Shown: positions 38,957 to 52,793, counted from the first letter of the stretch. The stretch: DNA of 64,000 nt from Guillardia theta CCMP2712 (GCF_000315625.1 NW_005434662.1:643479-707478), one strand, 5' to 3'. Notes: generated by a model not told the origin, from the sequence alone. Numbers and translations: made by a program.

Positions 38957-41900
38957 ATGAAGAAGCTCTTCAGTAAGATCTCATCAACACAGCGTCCTTC
39001 GAAAACTACCAAGGCCTCGTTGTTGCTGAGAAACAACAGACCTGCCGAGAGCTCCGGAGTCGATGATGACGACGTCAAGGAAGAGTCGAGCGATGACGAG
39101 GGAGTCGCAGGGGACGCGGCACAGCAAGCAGGGGCAAAGGTAGGCTGCGACTTGTGCTCCTGCCCGGCTCTCTGACTCTAGCAAACATCAGAGTAGGCCC
39201 AAGACAAACGACGAAGAACGAATCCAGCGGGGCATTCAGAATGTCAAGGGATGGATTCAGTCCAAAAACCTGCCTGAGTAAGACCTCCCCTCGTTGCTGC
39301 GAACGCGCCGGGCTGACCTGCATGTGTCAACAGGGAATCAGACTTGAGTGATCCCTCCAACTCTGAAGAGGATCGTCATGCCGAGGGGCCCAAGTTGACT
39401 CTGAAACCCAAAGAGCAAAACCGCATGAAGTTTTCTTCCGACTCAGAAGATGCAGATGATTACAAGCCAGCTGATGATCCATTCCAGGGCTCCGACTATC
39501 AGCCAGCTTCATCCTTGGGAAAGAGCGAAAAGAGAAGGAAATCAGAAAACTTTCAAGACAGCTTTCGCTCTATCGAGAAGGTCACTTACCAGCTGACCGA
39601 CGATTCAGAGTCTACAGACGACAGTGAGCTACTACCTGCAAAGACTGGACTGCTTCATGGTATCAACATCGGGAGCACGATCGACTCAAGAGAAATTGAG
39701 AAGACGCTCTCCGTTTACAGCTCGAGCCATTCCACCGTCAAAGCCAAGAGGCAGCGGCATGGGAAGGACGACGTGACCGACAGCAGGCAGACGAGGGATG
39801 GCCTGCAGTTCCTGAACGCAGGAAGCTATCAAAGTCAGTCAAGCTATCGCCCAGCACAAGAGCCCCAGCCGCATCGATCATTACGCATGTCTTCGTCAGG
39901 ATCCCAGGGCTCGGAGTTCAGGTACAGGAGGGATCGACTTTTCTCTCCTTGTTGACTTGGTGGACAGGACGTCCAGGATGGAAGTAGAGGCACCGAATAC
40001 CTCCTCCAGCCGCAAGGCTGCGACCAAACTCCCCAACATAAACAAATCGCGCATGCCTGAGAGTCGTTTTGTGCGGGATGACATCAGCGACAGCTCCGAC
40101 GGCGAGTCGGAGGGAGAGAATCGTCCAATTCAGAACCAGAGAAAACCAGCGAGCCATCACACCAGTTTACAGCACAGAGACATCGCACGAGAGAGTCGTA
40201 GTCAAGAGAGTAGGAGGAACGACTTCGATGCTGCGTTTGATTGGCGGCCGCCGGGCGATACTTTCGGTTCGAGCCTAGGGCGTCCTCAGTCGGCGAACAA
40301 ATCGCTGAACTCTTCCACTGACTCCGATGTCTTGAAGATTTCGGACTCAAGTGAGAGTGAAAGTAAGTCTGATGGTACCCCAGCGCGTGCCTGAGATGAT
40401 CGGGTAGGTGAGACGGACTCGTCCTTCTTCGGAAACAGCCCGGCCAAGTTGGGCTCCCTGAAGCTGGAGGGAGTGAACGACTTCGACACGTTCATGAAGA
40501 CGGTGGACAAGAAAGTCAACAAGGCTGTCAAGATTGAGAAGCGGATCCTCAAGTCTCGCAACCAGTGAGTGCTTGTCCATCTCTGCTTCTGGTCCTGAAC
40601 TTTGTGGAAGGATGAGGAGCGCGGGCTCGAGCCAGCCGGCGTCGGAGGCGTCGGAGGTTCCGAGTAGGAACGTCATTCCAGTGATATCCAGGTGAGAGTG
40701 ACCGCATCTCCCGCAACGTTGTAAAGTTCATCCTGTCCAGCTCGATCCCTGCCAAGAAATCAGCAGACTTGAACTTCGAGAGGTTCTCACGGGCCAAGGA
40801 GGCGAGCACACCAACAGCGGCGCCACCAGACCCTCTTCTGCAGTCCTCGGTCGGTATGAGGAGACAGAAGGTGAGATTCTGAAAATGTCACTTGATGTGA
40901 GCCTGATACCCTTTCCCCAGCTGGATCAGATCAAGCCTGGGCATGGATACGCTCCTGCTGTGGAGATGAATGGGAAGTCTCGTCGACCAGACACTTCGCA
41001 CGATGAGAAGAAGATGGCTGAACAGCTAGAGGTGAAGTGAAGAGGACGAGGTACGGTCAAGTACTTGCAGGAACTGAATCGGGCGAGCCAGGAGATGGAA
41101 ATGCTACAGAGGCAACAGAAGGAGGCCGCGCAGAAAGAACGAGAGCAGAAGGAGATTCTTGATAGGTGCAGGGCGATGATGGTGTTTTCCTGCTCTCAGC
41201 AGCTGCCGACAGGTTGAAGAGGGAGAAGCTGAGACGAGACAACAAGCACAAGGAGCAGAAGGAGGTCGATCTCCTCGCTGCCTCATGCGATCCTGACGGT
41301 CCGGCAGGAGCTGGAGAAGTTGTGGTCCGAACAGGCGAAGCAAGATGACGAGCGATTCCGACGGGTGAGACCCGATCCATGGGCATGAACGCGCTGCTGG
41401 GTTGATGTTCTTGCAGGAGAAGGAGATCGAACGACTCAAAAGCCAGCTCAAGATGAAAGAGGTGCCGGAGGAGGGAGGGGATGGAAGAAGAGGGGAGGGA
41501 TGAAGTGACAAGCGGGCAGGACAAGGAGAAGATGCAGAGCGAGGAGCTGGAGCGGCTGCGGAGGGAGGTAGCTGAACGGGCTCGAGCGGATGCTCTGGTG
41601 GGGGAAGGAATCAAGTTTCTTTTCCCATTTGACGCAACTGAGCAGGGGGCCGCTGAGTTTGACAAGCTGGTCGCCGAGAAGCACAAGAAGCTGCTGGTTC
41701 CCCAGGTGGAGCTGCAGGTGGGGAGGCTACCGATGCTCAGAGCGTCACCTTGCAAAGGATGTGACGAGCTGATTTGCACCTGGGCAGAGAGAAAGTCACC
41801 CCAGTCACCCGAAGCCGATGGAGAAGGACTGGCACGGGGATCGTCAGCAGGGGCAGGAGCAGTCGCATGCTCGCCAGAGGTCGTCCCATGAACGTCTCAT

Positions 41901-42092
41901 CCTCTTTCAGCCTGAAAGCTCTTTCTCTTCAGCTTTCAGGACCTGCCTGCTCAGTCGGAGGATCTGAGTTCGCAGGTGACATGCCACCTGTTTGTCTCCT
42001 GCCCTTGACTGTCAGCGGCAGATTCAGCACTCTGAACTCCGTCCAGTCTCAAGGCAGCAGCGGCTGAAGCCTCTGGAAGAGAGCAAGGTAGC

Positions 42093-42124
<32 letters not shown>

Positions 42125-45100
42125 ACCACCTCTTGAGCTCACTTGTCTTTTATGCAGAAGGAAGAAACGAACGAGAAAGATCGCCCGACGACGAGCACAA
42201 GGAACCAGCAGATGCTGCATGCGGCCCTCAAGGAGCGGTGACATGCCGCGACACTAGCTGGTTATGAGCCTCACTCCTACCTCAAGGTTCCGCCCGCAGG
42301 TCATTCCGGGCTACTCCAGCGCAGCCCCGGGCGGGCGGGAGCAGCCAACGGGTGCGGAGGATCCTCCCCAGAGCTACAAGAGCGTCGCAGCGGCGAGTCA
42401 TGAGACCCTGGCTGAGATCAAGGCCAAGAGGTCTGCTGCTGCCCAGCTGAAGCAGGAGAAGGTCTTGTCGTGCTTGAGGAGGAGGCTGCCTTGTGATGGG
42501 GCTGCAGTTCAAGCAGGAGCATCTCAAGTCGCAGGCCGGGATTCAGCATCACATCAAGTCGGCAGTGAGAGCGCATGAGGTCCAGCGATGATGCTATCCG
42601 CTGCGAACCCTGACGACAGCCCAGGACGAGCTCAAGGATGCAGTCCAGGAGGCGCGGAGCAAGGCGGAGCTGCAGGAAGCGAGGGTGATTCTTAAGGAAA
42701 GGTGAAACAAACCGAACCTTCAGAGGATGTTGCTCTGTCGCTGACGTGTGAGCAGCGCGAGACCAGCTCCTCCGTCTATCAAACTGGACACAAAGTTCGT
42801 GGAAGACATGAAGAAGCTGGAGGAGGAGAAGCTGGAGCTTGAGAGAAGGGAACAGGTGTCTTGTACTTTCATTCTCCTTGATCGTGGGCTCACCCAGCAT
42901 TCTCAGTTGCAAGAGGCTTACATTGAGCAGCTCAAGTTCGAACAGCAGCAGAAGTTGGAAAGGGAGGAGGCGAAGAGGAAAACGCTGCAGAAACTTCGCA
43001 ATGAGAACCAGATCATCGACAAGATGCTGCGCGAGACAGACAGCTTGGATGGAAGGCTGATGAAGGAAGTTGGGACGTTGGAGACCCTGAAGGAGCAGTT
43101 CAAGAAGAAGCAAGAGCTGGCGGACAAGCTGCGAGATCAGCAGGAGGAGCTGAAGAAGAAGCAGGAGGAGAGGGAGAGGGAGCTTTCCACGCTGAAGCAC
43201 GAAGTGAGCAAGGCAACTAACTCCGCGGGCATCCAGCTCCTGCAGATGGAGAGGTTGAAGCAGATCCAAGAGGAAAGCAGGAGGCTGCAGGAGGAGAAGC
43301 AGCAAGAGCTGCAGCGGCTGAAAGAGGAGATCCAGATGAAGTCGAGCATCGATGCCGAGGCCCAGGAGCTGGAGCGGCTGAGGGAAGAGAAGAAGAGGAT
43401 TGAAGAGAGTCAGGCGGAGGCCCGCAAGGCGTTGGAGCAGGAGCAGGAGATGCTGGAGAAAGCGATGTCAGAGCAGAAAACCATCGCTGAGGAGTTTGAG
43501 AAGCTGCAGCGGGAGAAGAGGAGACGCGAGGAGCACGAGATGGAACTCCGGCGCTCCATGGTGCAGGAGGAGCGAGAGATCGAGCGGTTGAAGGAGGAAG
43601 CCGAGAACCGGAGGATGGAGATAGAGAGGCTGCACGAGGAGAAGCAGAACCACATGAAGGTGCTGGAGGGGCAGCAAAAGGACCAGCTGATGAGCGAGCT
43701 GGCGGAGCTGAAGGAGAGGAAAGAGAAGGTCATGAACGAGGAGGCTCGGCTGAGGAGCGAAAAGCGGGAGCTGGAGGAGCTGAACAAGAGGAGGGAGGCT
43801 GAGCTAAGACACATCGAAGAGCTTCGGATCAAGAGCGACGAGCTCGAGAGACAGCAGATGCAAGCCAAGCTTGAGGAGGAGCGGGCGCTACGGGAGAAGG
43901 AGGAGAGGGAGAGGGAGCGGCTCCGCGCCAAGGAAGATCGGATCCGAAAGATGCTGGAGATGGAAGCTGAGAAAGCGAAGCTGGACATGGAGCTGGAGAG
44001 GAAGAGGAGGCAGGCTGAGATAGACAAGCTGAAGCAGGAGATACAGGACAAGAAGATCACCGAGGAAGAAGAAGCAGCAGAGGAAGAAGTTGATGCCAAT
44101 GAGCAGAAGATCAACGACTGGCTGAAGAGCTCGCAAACAGGTGGTCCTGCTGGAGGAGGAGGAGGAGGAGGAGGAGGAGGAGGAGGAGGAGGAGGAGGGA
44201 GAGCAGGAGACATTACCGAGAGGTCGATGGGCAACTCGTCGGCGGGAGACGGCGGCATGACGGACAGGAGTGACGCAACCGACGGGACGATGACGAGCCG
44301 AGGACCTGCGTCGCAGTTCAAGCTTGCAAGGTACGGGAAGGTGAAGGAGCTGGAGAAGGTGATCACAAGGGACAACGTGGACGATCGAGACGACAAGGGC
44401 AACACCTGCCTGCATCATGCGTGCATGCAGAATAAGAAACGGTAAACCTTCTCCCTCCTCTTCTCCTCTTCATCTTCCTTTCTCCCCCTCCCCCCCCCCC
44501 CCCAAAAAAAAAAACACACTCCCTCTTCCGGGTTATTTTGATGATGTGTCATCGGGTGCTCGATTCAAAAAGCCCTGGATCGGGGCGCGTCGGGGGGGGC
44601 CCNNNNNNNNNNNNNNNNNNNNNNNNNNNNNNNNNNNNNNNNNNNNNNNNNNNNNNNNNNNNNNNNNNNNNNNNNNNNNNNNNNNNNNNNNNNNNNNNNN
44701 NNACTACTACTACTACTCTCTCTCTCTCTCTCTCTCTCTCCTCCCCCCCCCCCCCCCCCCCCCCGACCCGAGGTTCCTCCCTCTCCCTCTCCCTCTCCCT
44801 TGAATCTCATCGTCTGCCTATGCAGAATTGCGAAGATGGTGCTGCGACTGGGCGCAGACATCAACGCGCAGAACGAAAAGGTGAGGCACAGAGGAGACGG
44901 CGGTTGACGTCGAGCTGAATGGACAGCAGGGCAACACGTGCCTGCACTACTGCTTCGGATACAACTACACAGAGCTGGGAGAGTACCTCATCTCCAAAGG
45001 AGCGGATGAGAGCATTAGGAATCATCTCAACGCCACCTGCCGTAAGCTGCTGCTCCCCCTCCCCGTGACGCTCCTCCATGTGATTGTGTGGCAGGCGAAG

Positions 45101-45135
45101 TCTCGTCCAGCAGCATGATGTCGTCTAGGAAGTGA
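38957..45135 (+). CDS. Large low-complexity/coiled-coil protein with C-terminal ankyrin repeats (could be two genes)
   Basis: S/D-rich N-terminal exons, then a long E/K/R/Q coiled coil (42748..44445), then DDKGNTCLHHACMQNKKR|IAKMVLRLGADINAQNEK|GNTCLHYCFGYNYTELGEYLISKGAD. Confidence 0.7.
44603..44702. other. Assembly gap (100 N) inside an intron
   Basis: Run of N flanked by poly-C/G and CT repeats; the flanking ankyrin exons join in frame across it. Confidence 0.95.
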
Positions 45136-45284
45136 CTGTACATTACAAGTGATAAGTGTAATTTATGTTATGAAGTCAAACTTATTACAACGTCGAGTAC
45201 TTGGTCGGGAGGAGGACTGACGACGATTCAAAGGAGTCAGGGGCAGGAAGAGTAGGGAGAGAGCAATGACACTCAGATGTGACG

Positions 45285-45376
45285 AGGCAGGAGCAGGAGC
45301 AGGAGCAGGATCAGATGCAGGAGCAGGAGCAGGATCAGATGCAGGATCAGATGCAGGAGCAGATGCAGGAGCAGAT

Positions 45377-45410
<34 letters not shown>

Positions 45411-45502
45411 ATGCAGGAGCAGGAGCAGGAGCAGGATCAGATGCAGGAGCAGATGCAGATGCAGGAGCAGGAGTAGGAGCAAGATCAGATGCAACTGAAG
45501 AT

Positions 45503-45568
<66 letters not shown>

Positions 45569-45739
45569 TCAGCAGATGCAGGAGCAGGAGCAGGAGTAGG
45601 ATCAGGATCAGGAGTAGGAGCAAGATCAGATGCAGGAGCAGGAGTAGGAGCAAGATCAGATGCAGGAGCAGGAGTAGGAGCAAGATCAGATGCAGGAGCA
45701 AGATCAGATGCAGGAGCAGGAGTAGGAGCAAGATCAGAT

Positions 45740-45799
<60 letters not shown>

Positions 45800-45820
45800 T
45801 CAGGAGAAGCAGGAGCAAGA
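45285..45820. repeat. Complex (GCAGGA)n hexamer array with variant units
   Basis: GCAGGA units interspersed with GCAGAT, TCAGAT, GTAGGA and GCAAGA. Confidence 0.95.
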
Positions 45821-46158
45821 TTGCAAGTTTGTGGAAACTGTTTACTCAATTTATACTGTTTCAGAGCCTGCCTCAGTCTTTTGAATTGGTGGGGTAGGGG
45901 TGCGTTGATAGGGACTGTAGTGAATCGAGCATGGGTGGGGTGGTAGAAATCTGAAGGAATCCACACGACACGGTACTTCCTTTGAGTACCGGTGAGGGTT
46001 CTGCTTTTGTAGTACAAAAAGAACTTTTTGGAAGGTAGGGTACCCTCATCCACGACTAGGGGTGGCTCAAAATCTACACTTGGTTTGTGTATTCAGGGTA
46101 GGGGTGGACTGTTTTTATCCCGTGGGGGTGGGGGTGGTGGTAGGGCAAGAAAGGCGGG

Positions 46159-49100
46159 ATGGACGGCTGGGGCCGAAACTTGATGGCGACGGCGATACAG
46201 GGAGGGAATGGCATGCAGCCTGCTCCTTCCAGCGGCATGGCATCAAACCCCATGGTCTCCAGCGCCATGTCCCCCGCCGGTGCTCACATTGCTCAACCCA
46301 TGCATATGGTGCAGCCTCCCGGTTCCATGCAGCTTCCGTCCCAGCCGCGACCGAGAATGCCGACAGGTGGAGAGATGCCAATGGCCTCTTCAGGTGTGTT
46401 TTGTGAGGAGAGAGCAGACAACTTTCTTGAAGTGTCCGATCTGTTCCTTCTCTTGGGTCAACATGACCTCGTGTTGGCAGGCTCAGCAGGGAATGTCATG
46501 GCCCACAATGTCGGACGGAACACGATGCAGATGTTGCAGGGACAAGGTGGCGTGCAAGGGCAGGGGAGGGTCTTAGGGCCAGGGCAGGGGAACATGCAGG
46601 CGCAGGCGCAGGCGCAGGCGCAGGCGCAGGCGCAGGCTAGGGCACAAGAACAGGCACAGGCACGGGCAAGAGCGCAGGCACAGGCGAGGGCTCACGCGCA
46701 GGCAAGGGCGCAGGCTCAAGCACAGGCTCAAGCACGGGTACAGGCTCAAGCAGCTCAGGCTCAAGCACGGGTACAGGCTCAAGCACCTCAGCCGCGGGGG
46801 CAGGCACAAGCTCATGCGCGTCCACAAGGCCAAGGGCGTGCAGACGAGCCAGGACACCATAAACCTGATGCGAGCGGTACGAAACCATTATCCAATTCAA
46901 AGTGATGTAAAGTGAGAAATGGCATTCACAGCTAACAAGGCTGCGAGTCTGGTTGACTGGTTTTCAAATTCGAAGTGCATCAAGAGTCTGGGAGAGTATC
47001 AGCGAAGAGAGGTTCGCACTCCTCCCGCGCTTGCAAGCTTGCTGACGTGGTCGCTTCAGGCAATCGTACAGTTTCGAGCGATGCTCGAGCTTCAGAAAGG
47101 GAATCGACTGCCGCCAAGAGTCGTCAACGCTCTCAGCAGTCTCAACGAAATGAGCCATAAGGAAATTGCCAGCATGGAACCAGCAATGCCGGGAGCATCG
47201 CCTGGCCCTAAGACTCCGTCGGGTCGGGGGGGGCAGAAGAAAAGAAACTCGTTAACTGCCTCTGAAAACGGAGATGCTCCTTCAAGGAAAATGAGTCACT
47301 CCTCGAACGTATCCAGATCATCCAATAGAGATGTTGAGAATCAGGGAAGTGGAATGGATTCAAACCAATGGAATGAGAGACAAGAATCACCATATGCGGT
47401 AGGATCAATTCATTTCATGTTTTTTTTGACTTTGCTGGTCAGGTTTTGAAGCCTAGAAAAGACGATTCAAACCAGCAAAGTGCGTATGACAATTCCTTGG
47501 GGCGGAACATTCTGAGGAGCAAAACGATGCGAGAGAAATGCCTGGAAGCAATTAAGAACAGCTTGAATGCAAATACGCTGCCTTCGGAATCAAGCGCAGA
47601 AACAGCCGAGAGAAGAAGTCGCAAAGAATTGAATGTTTTACAGGTATAACATTAATTGCTTTCTTTTGATCTACAGATCCATCACATTTGATGCCCAGTG
47701 CACACTTGAGATGATTTTCAGTGTTGTCTGAGATCGTGACTGTTGTCATCTGACTGTTGCCGTTTTTACAGATTGAAGAAAAGAAGCTTAAATTGCTTGG
47801 ACTTCAAGCACGCTTGAGAGAGAAACTATGCAACAGTCTTCGACTCAATCTGCCAAAGGAAATTGCAAGTAGTGATAAGTTGGATGTAGACCTTTCATCC
47901 AAGTTCAATTTATCCGTAATTTTTATTTGCATACCTCTTTGATTGAGTGACCATGATGGCAGACGATCGCTAGACCGTCCACTTCCGTGTCGCTCAATGT
48001 AAATATGCGACTCTACCAGAGGAAAAAGCAGGCTTTCTTGAACGAAGTCAAGGGTCATTATCATTTCTTTACCGAATACCACAAAAAGATTCGAGAGAAG
48101 GAAAAGGAATTGGCGAAATTGGCCAAGAAGCAGGTTGAAGACAAAGTTGAAAGAGAGAGGAGGAGGAAGGAAAAAGCAGAAAAGGATAGGATAAGGGCGC
48201 TGAAGGAGCACGATACTGAAGCATACTTGAACTTGCTGAAAGAGCACAAAAATGAAAAGATTTTGAATGTTCTATCGGAAACCGACAAATACCTTCGTAC
48301 TCTTGGTCTTGCGGTATTTTGAAGTCAATCTAGGATTCTTTGCTTAATTTGAGCCTTACAGGTCAGAGTTCAGAAGAAAAACACTGAAAAAAGACTGAAA
48401 AACAGCAAGTCGATGGATGTTAGTGATGGTGAAGACGATGACGTGAGTCATTATTCCCTGACATTCCGGTTGCACCTCTGATTCTGTGGATTTCAAGTTT
48501 GACAAGAACGAGTTCGAAAGAACCGATATCAAGAACACCAACGAGGTGGATGTGAAGGCACTCATGAAGAACAAGAACACTTATTATCACCTGGCTCACA
48601 CTGAGAAAGAGGAAGTCAACTCGCAGCCGGACATGCTCGTTGGCGGCTCTTTGCGACAGTATCAGATGCAGGGCCTGCAATGGCTTGTTTCCTTGTACAA
48701 TAACAAGATTTCTGGGGTGAGTGCTCTCCCAATGTTCCCATTCCTCTCGAGATGACGTTGCTCCGGTCAGGTACTGGCAGATGAGATGGGTTTAGGGAAG
48801 ACCATCCAGATAGTTTCTTTGATAGCATACCTTATGGAGGTGAAGGGTGTGAATGGGCCTTTCCTGATCGTCTCGCCGTTATCTGTGATTGATAACTGGG
48901 TGAGGGAATTCGACGCCTGGTCGCCGACCGTGAAGAAGATCATCTACTACGGCAGCAAGCCGTCAAGGAAAAAGATGCAGCAAGAATGTCACAAAGGGAC
49001 TTTCAACGTGATGTTGACGAGCTACGAGTTCGTGGTGAAAGACGCCTCCTTCATGAGCAAGATCAACTGGGTGTACATTATTGTGGATGAAGGTCATCGC

Positions 49101-51548
49101 ATGAAGAATGGGAAATCAAGGCTCACCACGACCTTAAGCACCAAGTATGAAAATTGCATGATCGAGATTGCCAGCACCTGAACCAGTCTTGCAGGTTTCC
49201 TTCCAAGTATCGCATTTTGATCACAGGAACGCCGCTGCAGAACAACCTGAATGAGCTGTGGTCGTTGCTCAACTTCCTTCTCCCTGATATCTTCCGGCAC
49301 GACTCTAACTTCGAAGAATGGTTCAACTCTGGAGACATCATGGGGGCCACGGGGGACACGAATGAAATGGATGAAGAGGAGCGTCTCCTGTTGATAGATC
49401 GATTGCACCAGGTGACTCGCTGCTCTCTTTGATTTGGAGAGAGTCGTTGTGTGAAAATCTTTCATCAGGTCCTCCGTCCTTTCCTCCTCCGAAGGTTGAA
49501 AAGTGAAGTTGAAGGAGAGCTGAAGCCAAAGGTGGAGAAGGTGATCAAGTGCAATATGTCTGCGTGCCAGTGGCGCCTGTACAGTGGGATAAGAGAAAAC
49601 GGCATCGTTGCGCTTCAGCCCTCAGACGGGACCCAGCCGACAAAGAAGAAGACGGCAACCAATATCATGATGGAGCTTCGAAAAGCTTGCAATCATCCTT
49701 ATCTCTTCTGGTACGATCAACGACCTGAGAGATTCTGCTCAGGCAAGCATTGCCACTAGTGAGATTTCTTCTCCCCTGACCTTTCTTTCTCGTTCCACAG
49801 AGTTGGTTCGTTCGTCCGGAAAATTCGAGCTCCTTTACCGCATGCTTCCGAAGTTGAGGAGCACGGGGCATCGAGTCCTCGTCTTCTGCCAGATGACCAG
49901 GCTAATGGACATCCTGGGAGACTTTCTCAAGGCGTGCGGCCACAGGTACCTCCGCTTGGATGGGAGCACAGACTCGCAACGAAGAGGAGAGCTGATTGAG
50001 ATCTTTAACTCTCCTGAGTCCCCCTACGCGATCTTCATCCTCAGTACCAGGGCCGGAGGCCTAGGTCTCAATCTGCCAGCTGCCGATACCGTGATCATCT
50101 TCGATAGCGACTGGAACCCGCAGATGGACATGCAGGCACAAGATCGTGCGCACCGCATCGGGCAGACGAGAGAGGTTCGCGTGCTCCGGTTGACCTGCGC
50201 CAACACATTGGAGGAAGACATTCTTGAGAAGGCTACTTACAAGAAGGAGCTAGGAGGAGCAGCAATAGACGGAGGAATGTTCAACGAAAAGGCTACTGTA
50301 GAGGATCGTCACGAATTTCTCCGGAAGATCTTCAGTAGGGCAACGAACACAACTAAGGCCGACGTACTGTCCAAGGAGGCGATGAATCAAGAGCTTGCAA
50401 GGGATGAGATGGAGTTCAGGATGTTCCAGGAGCATGACCATGAGCTACAGAGTCGCTCGAGTCAGCCGGACCTGATGACGGAAGATGAAGTGCCGTCGTG
50501 GCTCAAATATGAAGAGGACGATAAGACTTCTGCGAGCAGGAAGAAGGAGCTGGAGAGGGCCGAGAAAGCTTCACGCAAGAGCAGGATGCGGAAGACTGCG
50601 AGCTACAAGGAGGAGGACATCTCTCACAGCAGCGACGTGGACTCTTCGGACGAGGACACCATCGCCGTTGTAAAGGAACGAGGACGAGGACGTTCCAAGA
50701 GAAAGAATCAAGAGCTGGACAGCGACAACTCTGATGATGAATCCAACCTCGGGGAAGAAGAGAAGACTCCATCCAAGGCTAAGGCAACCCCTAAAGCTGC
50801 ACCTGCCGCACAGCCAGTGGACCACAACAAGGATTACTGTGAGCTGTGCAGGGACGGCGGCAATCTCATCTGCTGTGACTTCTGTGACTGTGCATACCAC
50901 GAGCAGTGCTTGAGGGTCAACGCCAACGACCTTCCTGAGCTCTACAAGTGCCCCAAGTGCACAGGAGACTTCAATCGCCTCAAGGAGGAGTACCTAAGCA
51001 AGCCGCAATGTAGCATCTTCGACACGGACTTCTGCGATGTCTGCGGCTTCGGGTCTGACCCTGCCAACCCTCTCTTCAACTGCAAGAAGTGTATCCGCTC
51101 GTTCCACTCGTACTGCTCAGGGTTCGACGACGAGATCGACGTCAAGGAGTGGACATGCGCCGTCTGCTTGAAGCGAGATCGTGAGCTGCTCACATGGAGC
51201 CGAATCGTTCTGCCTCCAGATGATCTGCCTGAAGTAGAAGGGATTTTTGCCGAGCACAAGAAACCACAACCTGAGGCTCCACCACCGGCCGCCACCATCC
51301 CGGAACCCAAGGAAACGCAAGCCCCGGTTGAGGCGTCGAGAGGGAGAGGAAGGGGAAGAGGGAGAGGGAGAGGAAGGGGAAGGCCGCCACTGGTGGCGCC
51401 AGAGGCGAATGGTGATGAAGGAAGGAAGCGCTCAAGGGGAAGACGGTCTGAGGGAGCAGAAGGGATAGATGGAGAATCTGTGGACGGAGCAAATTCACGA
51501 GCAGATGAGAGCGAGGGGAGCCAACCACGGAAGCGCAGGAGAGGATGA
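46159..51548 (+). CDS. SNF2: SWI/SNF ATPase of the BRM/BRG1 (Snf2) subfamily with HSA, ATPase, SnAC-like region, two PHD fingers and an AT-hook
   Basis: HSA/post-HSA ([25 protein letters not shown]); [33 protein letters not shown]; [11 protein letters not shown]; DEGHRMKN; LTG-like [19 protein letters not shown]; SGKFELL; [11 protein letters not shown]; [11 protein letters not shown]; [11 protein letters not shown]; two C4HC3 fingers; GRGRPP. Confidence 0.95.
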
Positions 51549-51726
51549 ATGAGCATGACGCAAGTGCACATTGTGTTGTTTACATTGTTGTCGTTTCATT
51601 GGTTGTGTTGAGATAATATCATTCCTACTGTTGTCTGTGAGAATCATCATTGAATGTCGTTAAGTTAGTCTAGGTGTCCCTATCAGTGTACAACCTCGCA
51701 AGATTTGGAACTCCTCACGAGATGGG

Positions 51727-52793
51727 CTACGGACTGTACTGCTCCTGACCAAACTGATCATGAGAGCTTCCGTCTCCCCCAGCCATCTTCTCTTGTGGTG
51801 TCGTTGCCTCTGATCCATCAAGGGGCGAAGGATGTGCTAGTTCAACGACAAAGATGGAGTTTCCCATTTCAACTTCATCCCTCAACTCCAGCTGTACAGG
51901 AGCTTCTTTCGTCAATGCTCGCTGTACCCCTTTCTGTGACGAGATTTCAGACTTGACAGAAGATTTAGAGGGAGAGGACGTCACAGAGCAGGGAAGGGAA
52001 ATTTGGAAAAAGTTTTCAGACCTGTCGAATAAATGTGCCATTGATACTCCCGAGGTCCGTTAGCCAGAATCTTCTATCCTTGTAGCGAATCTGACCATGA
52101 CTCCTCGAAACCATCTCATCCTTTCCATGCACGAGTCAGATGCTTCAAGTTTGAAAAGGAGCAGGGCTCACCTGAAGTATGCAGATGTCGTTCTTTCTTG
52201 ATCTGCCGATCGATATCATCTTTCCATTTGGAACCTGAGACAGAGGTTGAGGAAACAAAGCTGAGACAAGGGCTAAATACCTTGATAACATTCCCCAATC
52301 GTGGACCACTGGTAAAATGCAGCTCGATCTCAAACCCCAACATTTTTCTATAAAGTGCTTGAAAGTATGGCACGCAAGTCCGGTCCACCACGTTCTCATA
52401 TGCATTGATCAGTTCTTCAGCATCATCCCCGAAATCCTTGTAGCAGTTGTTCTTCCATATCAAATCACAAGAGCACAACCTTCGTTGCCGATGATTGACT
52501 TGTGAAGCCAGGGCAAGATCGCTAATTGACAAATTTTGTAGAATGTGAATATAGACATCATCTGGGATGGTTGAAAACAAAGAATTGTCGACTTGCAGGC
52601 TTGAGCGTTCCCGAGAATCATCGATCACAGAGCTTCGAGACTGCAACGGACTGTGGTAGATCAGCTCCAAGGACTCAAAATTTCGTTTCTTTGTTCGGAA
52701 AGAATCCTCAGAAATCAAAGGTGTGTTAAGAGAAATTTCTGAGCGTCTTGCTGCACCATGGCCTTCATTCTGAGATACACCACTTTCACTCAT
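51727..52793 (-). CDS. F-box plus FHA domain protein
   Basis: F-box: FSTIPDDVYIHILQNLSISDLALASQVNHRQRRLCSCDLIWK. Spliced FHA: MISIGRSRKNDICILQ|..VSRSHGQIRY..WLTDLGSINGTFI..LELRDEVEMGNSIF, with the GR, SxxH and NGT motifs. Confidence 0.85.

Noticed and set aside
43410-44405. 331-aa Ser-rich minus-strand ORF
   Set aside because: Antisense shadow of the coiled-coil exon.
44603-44702. Possible missing exon in the N gap
   Set aside because: The flanking exons join in frame into an intact ankyrin repeat (NKKR|IAKMVL).
45163-46053. Pro-Ala, Gly-Ala and poly-Leu ORFs
   Set aside because: They are open because the hexamer repeat lacks stops in those frames; there is no domain evidence.
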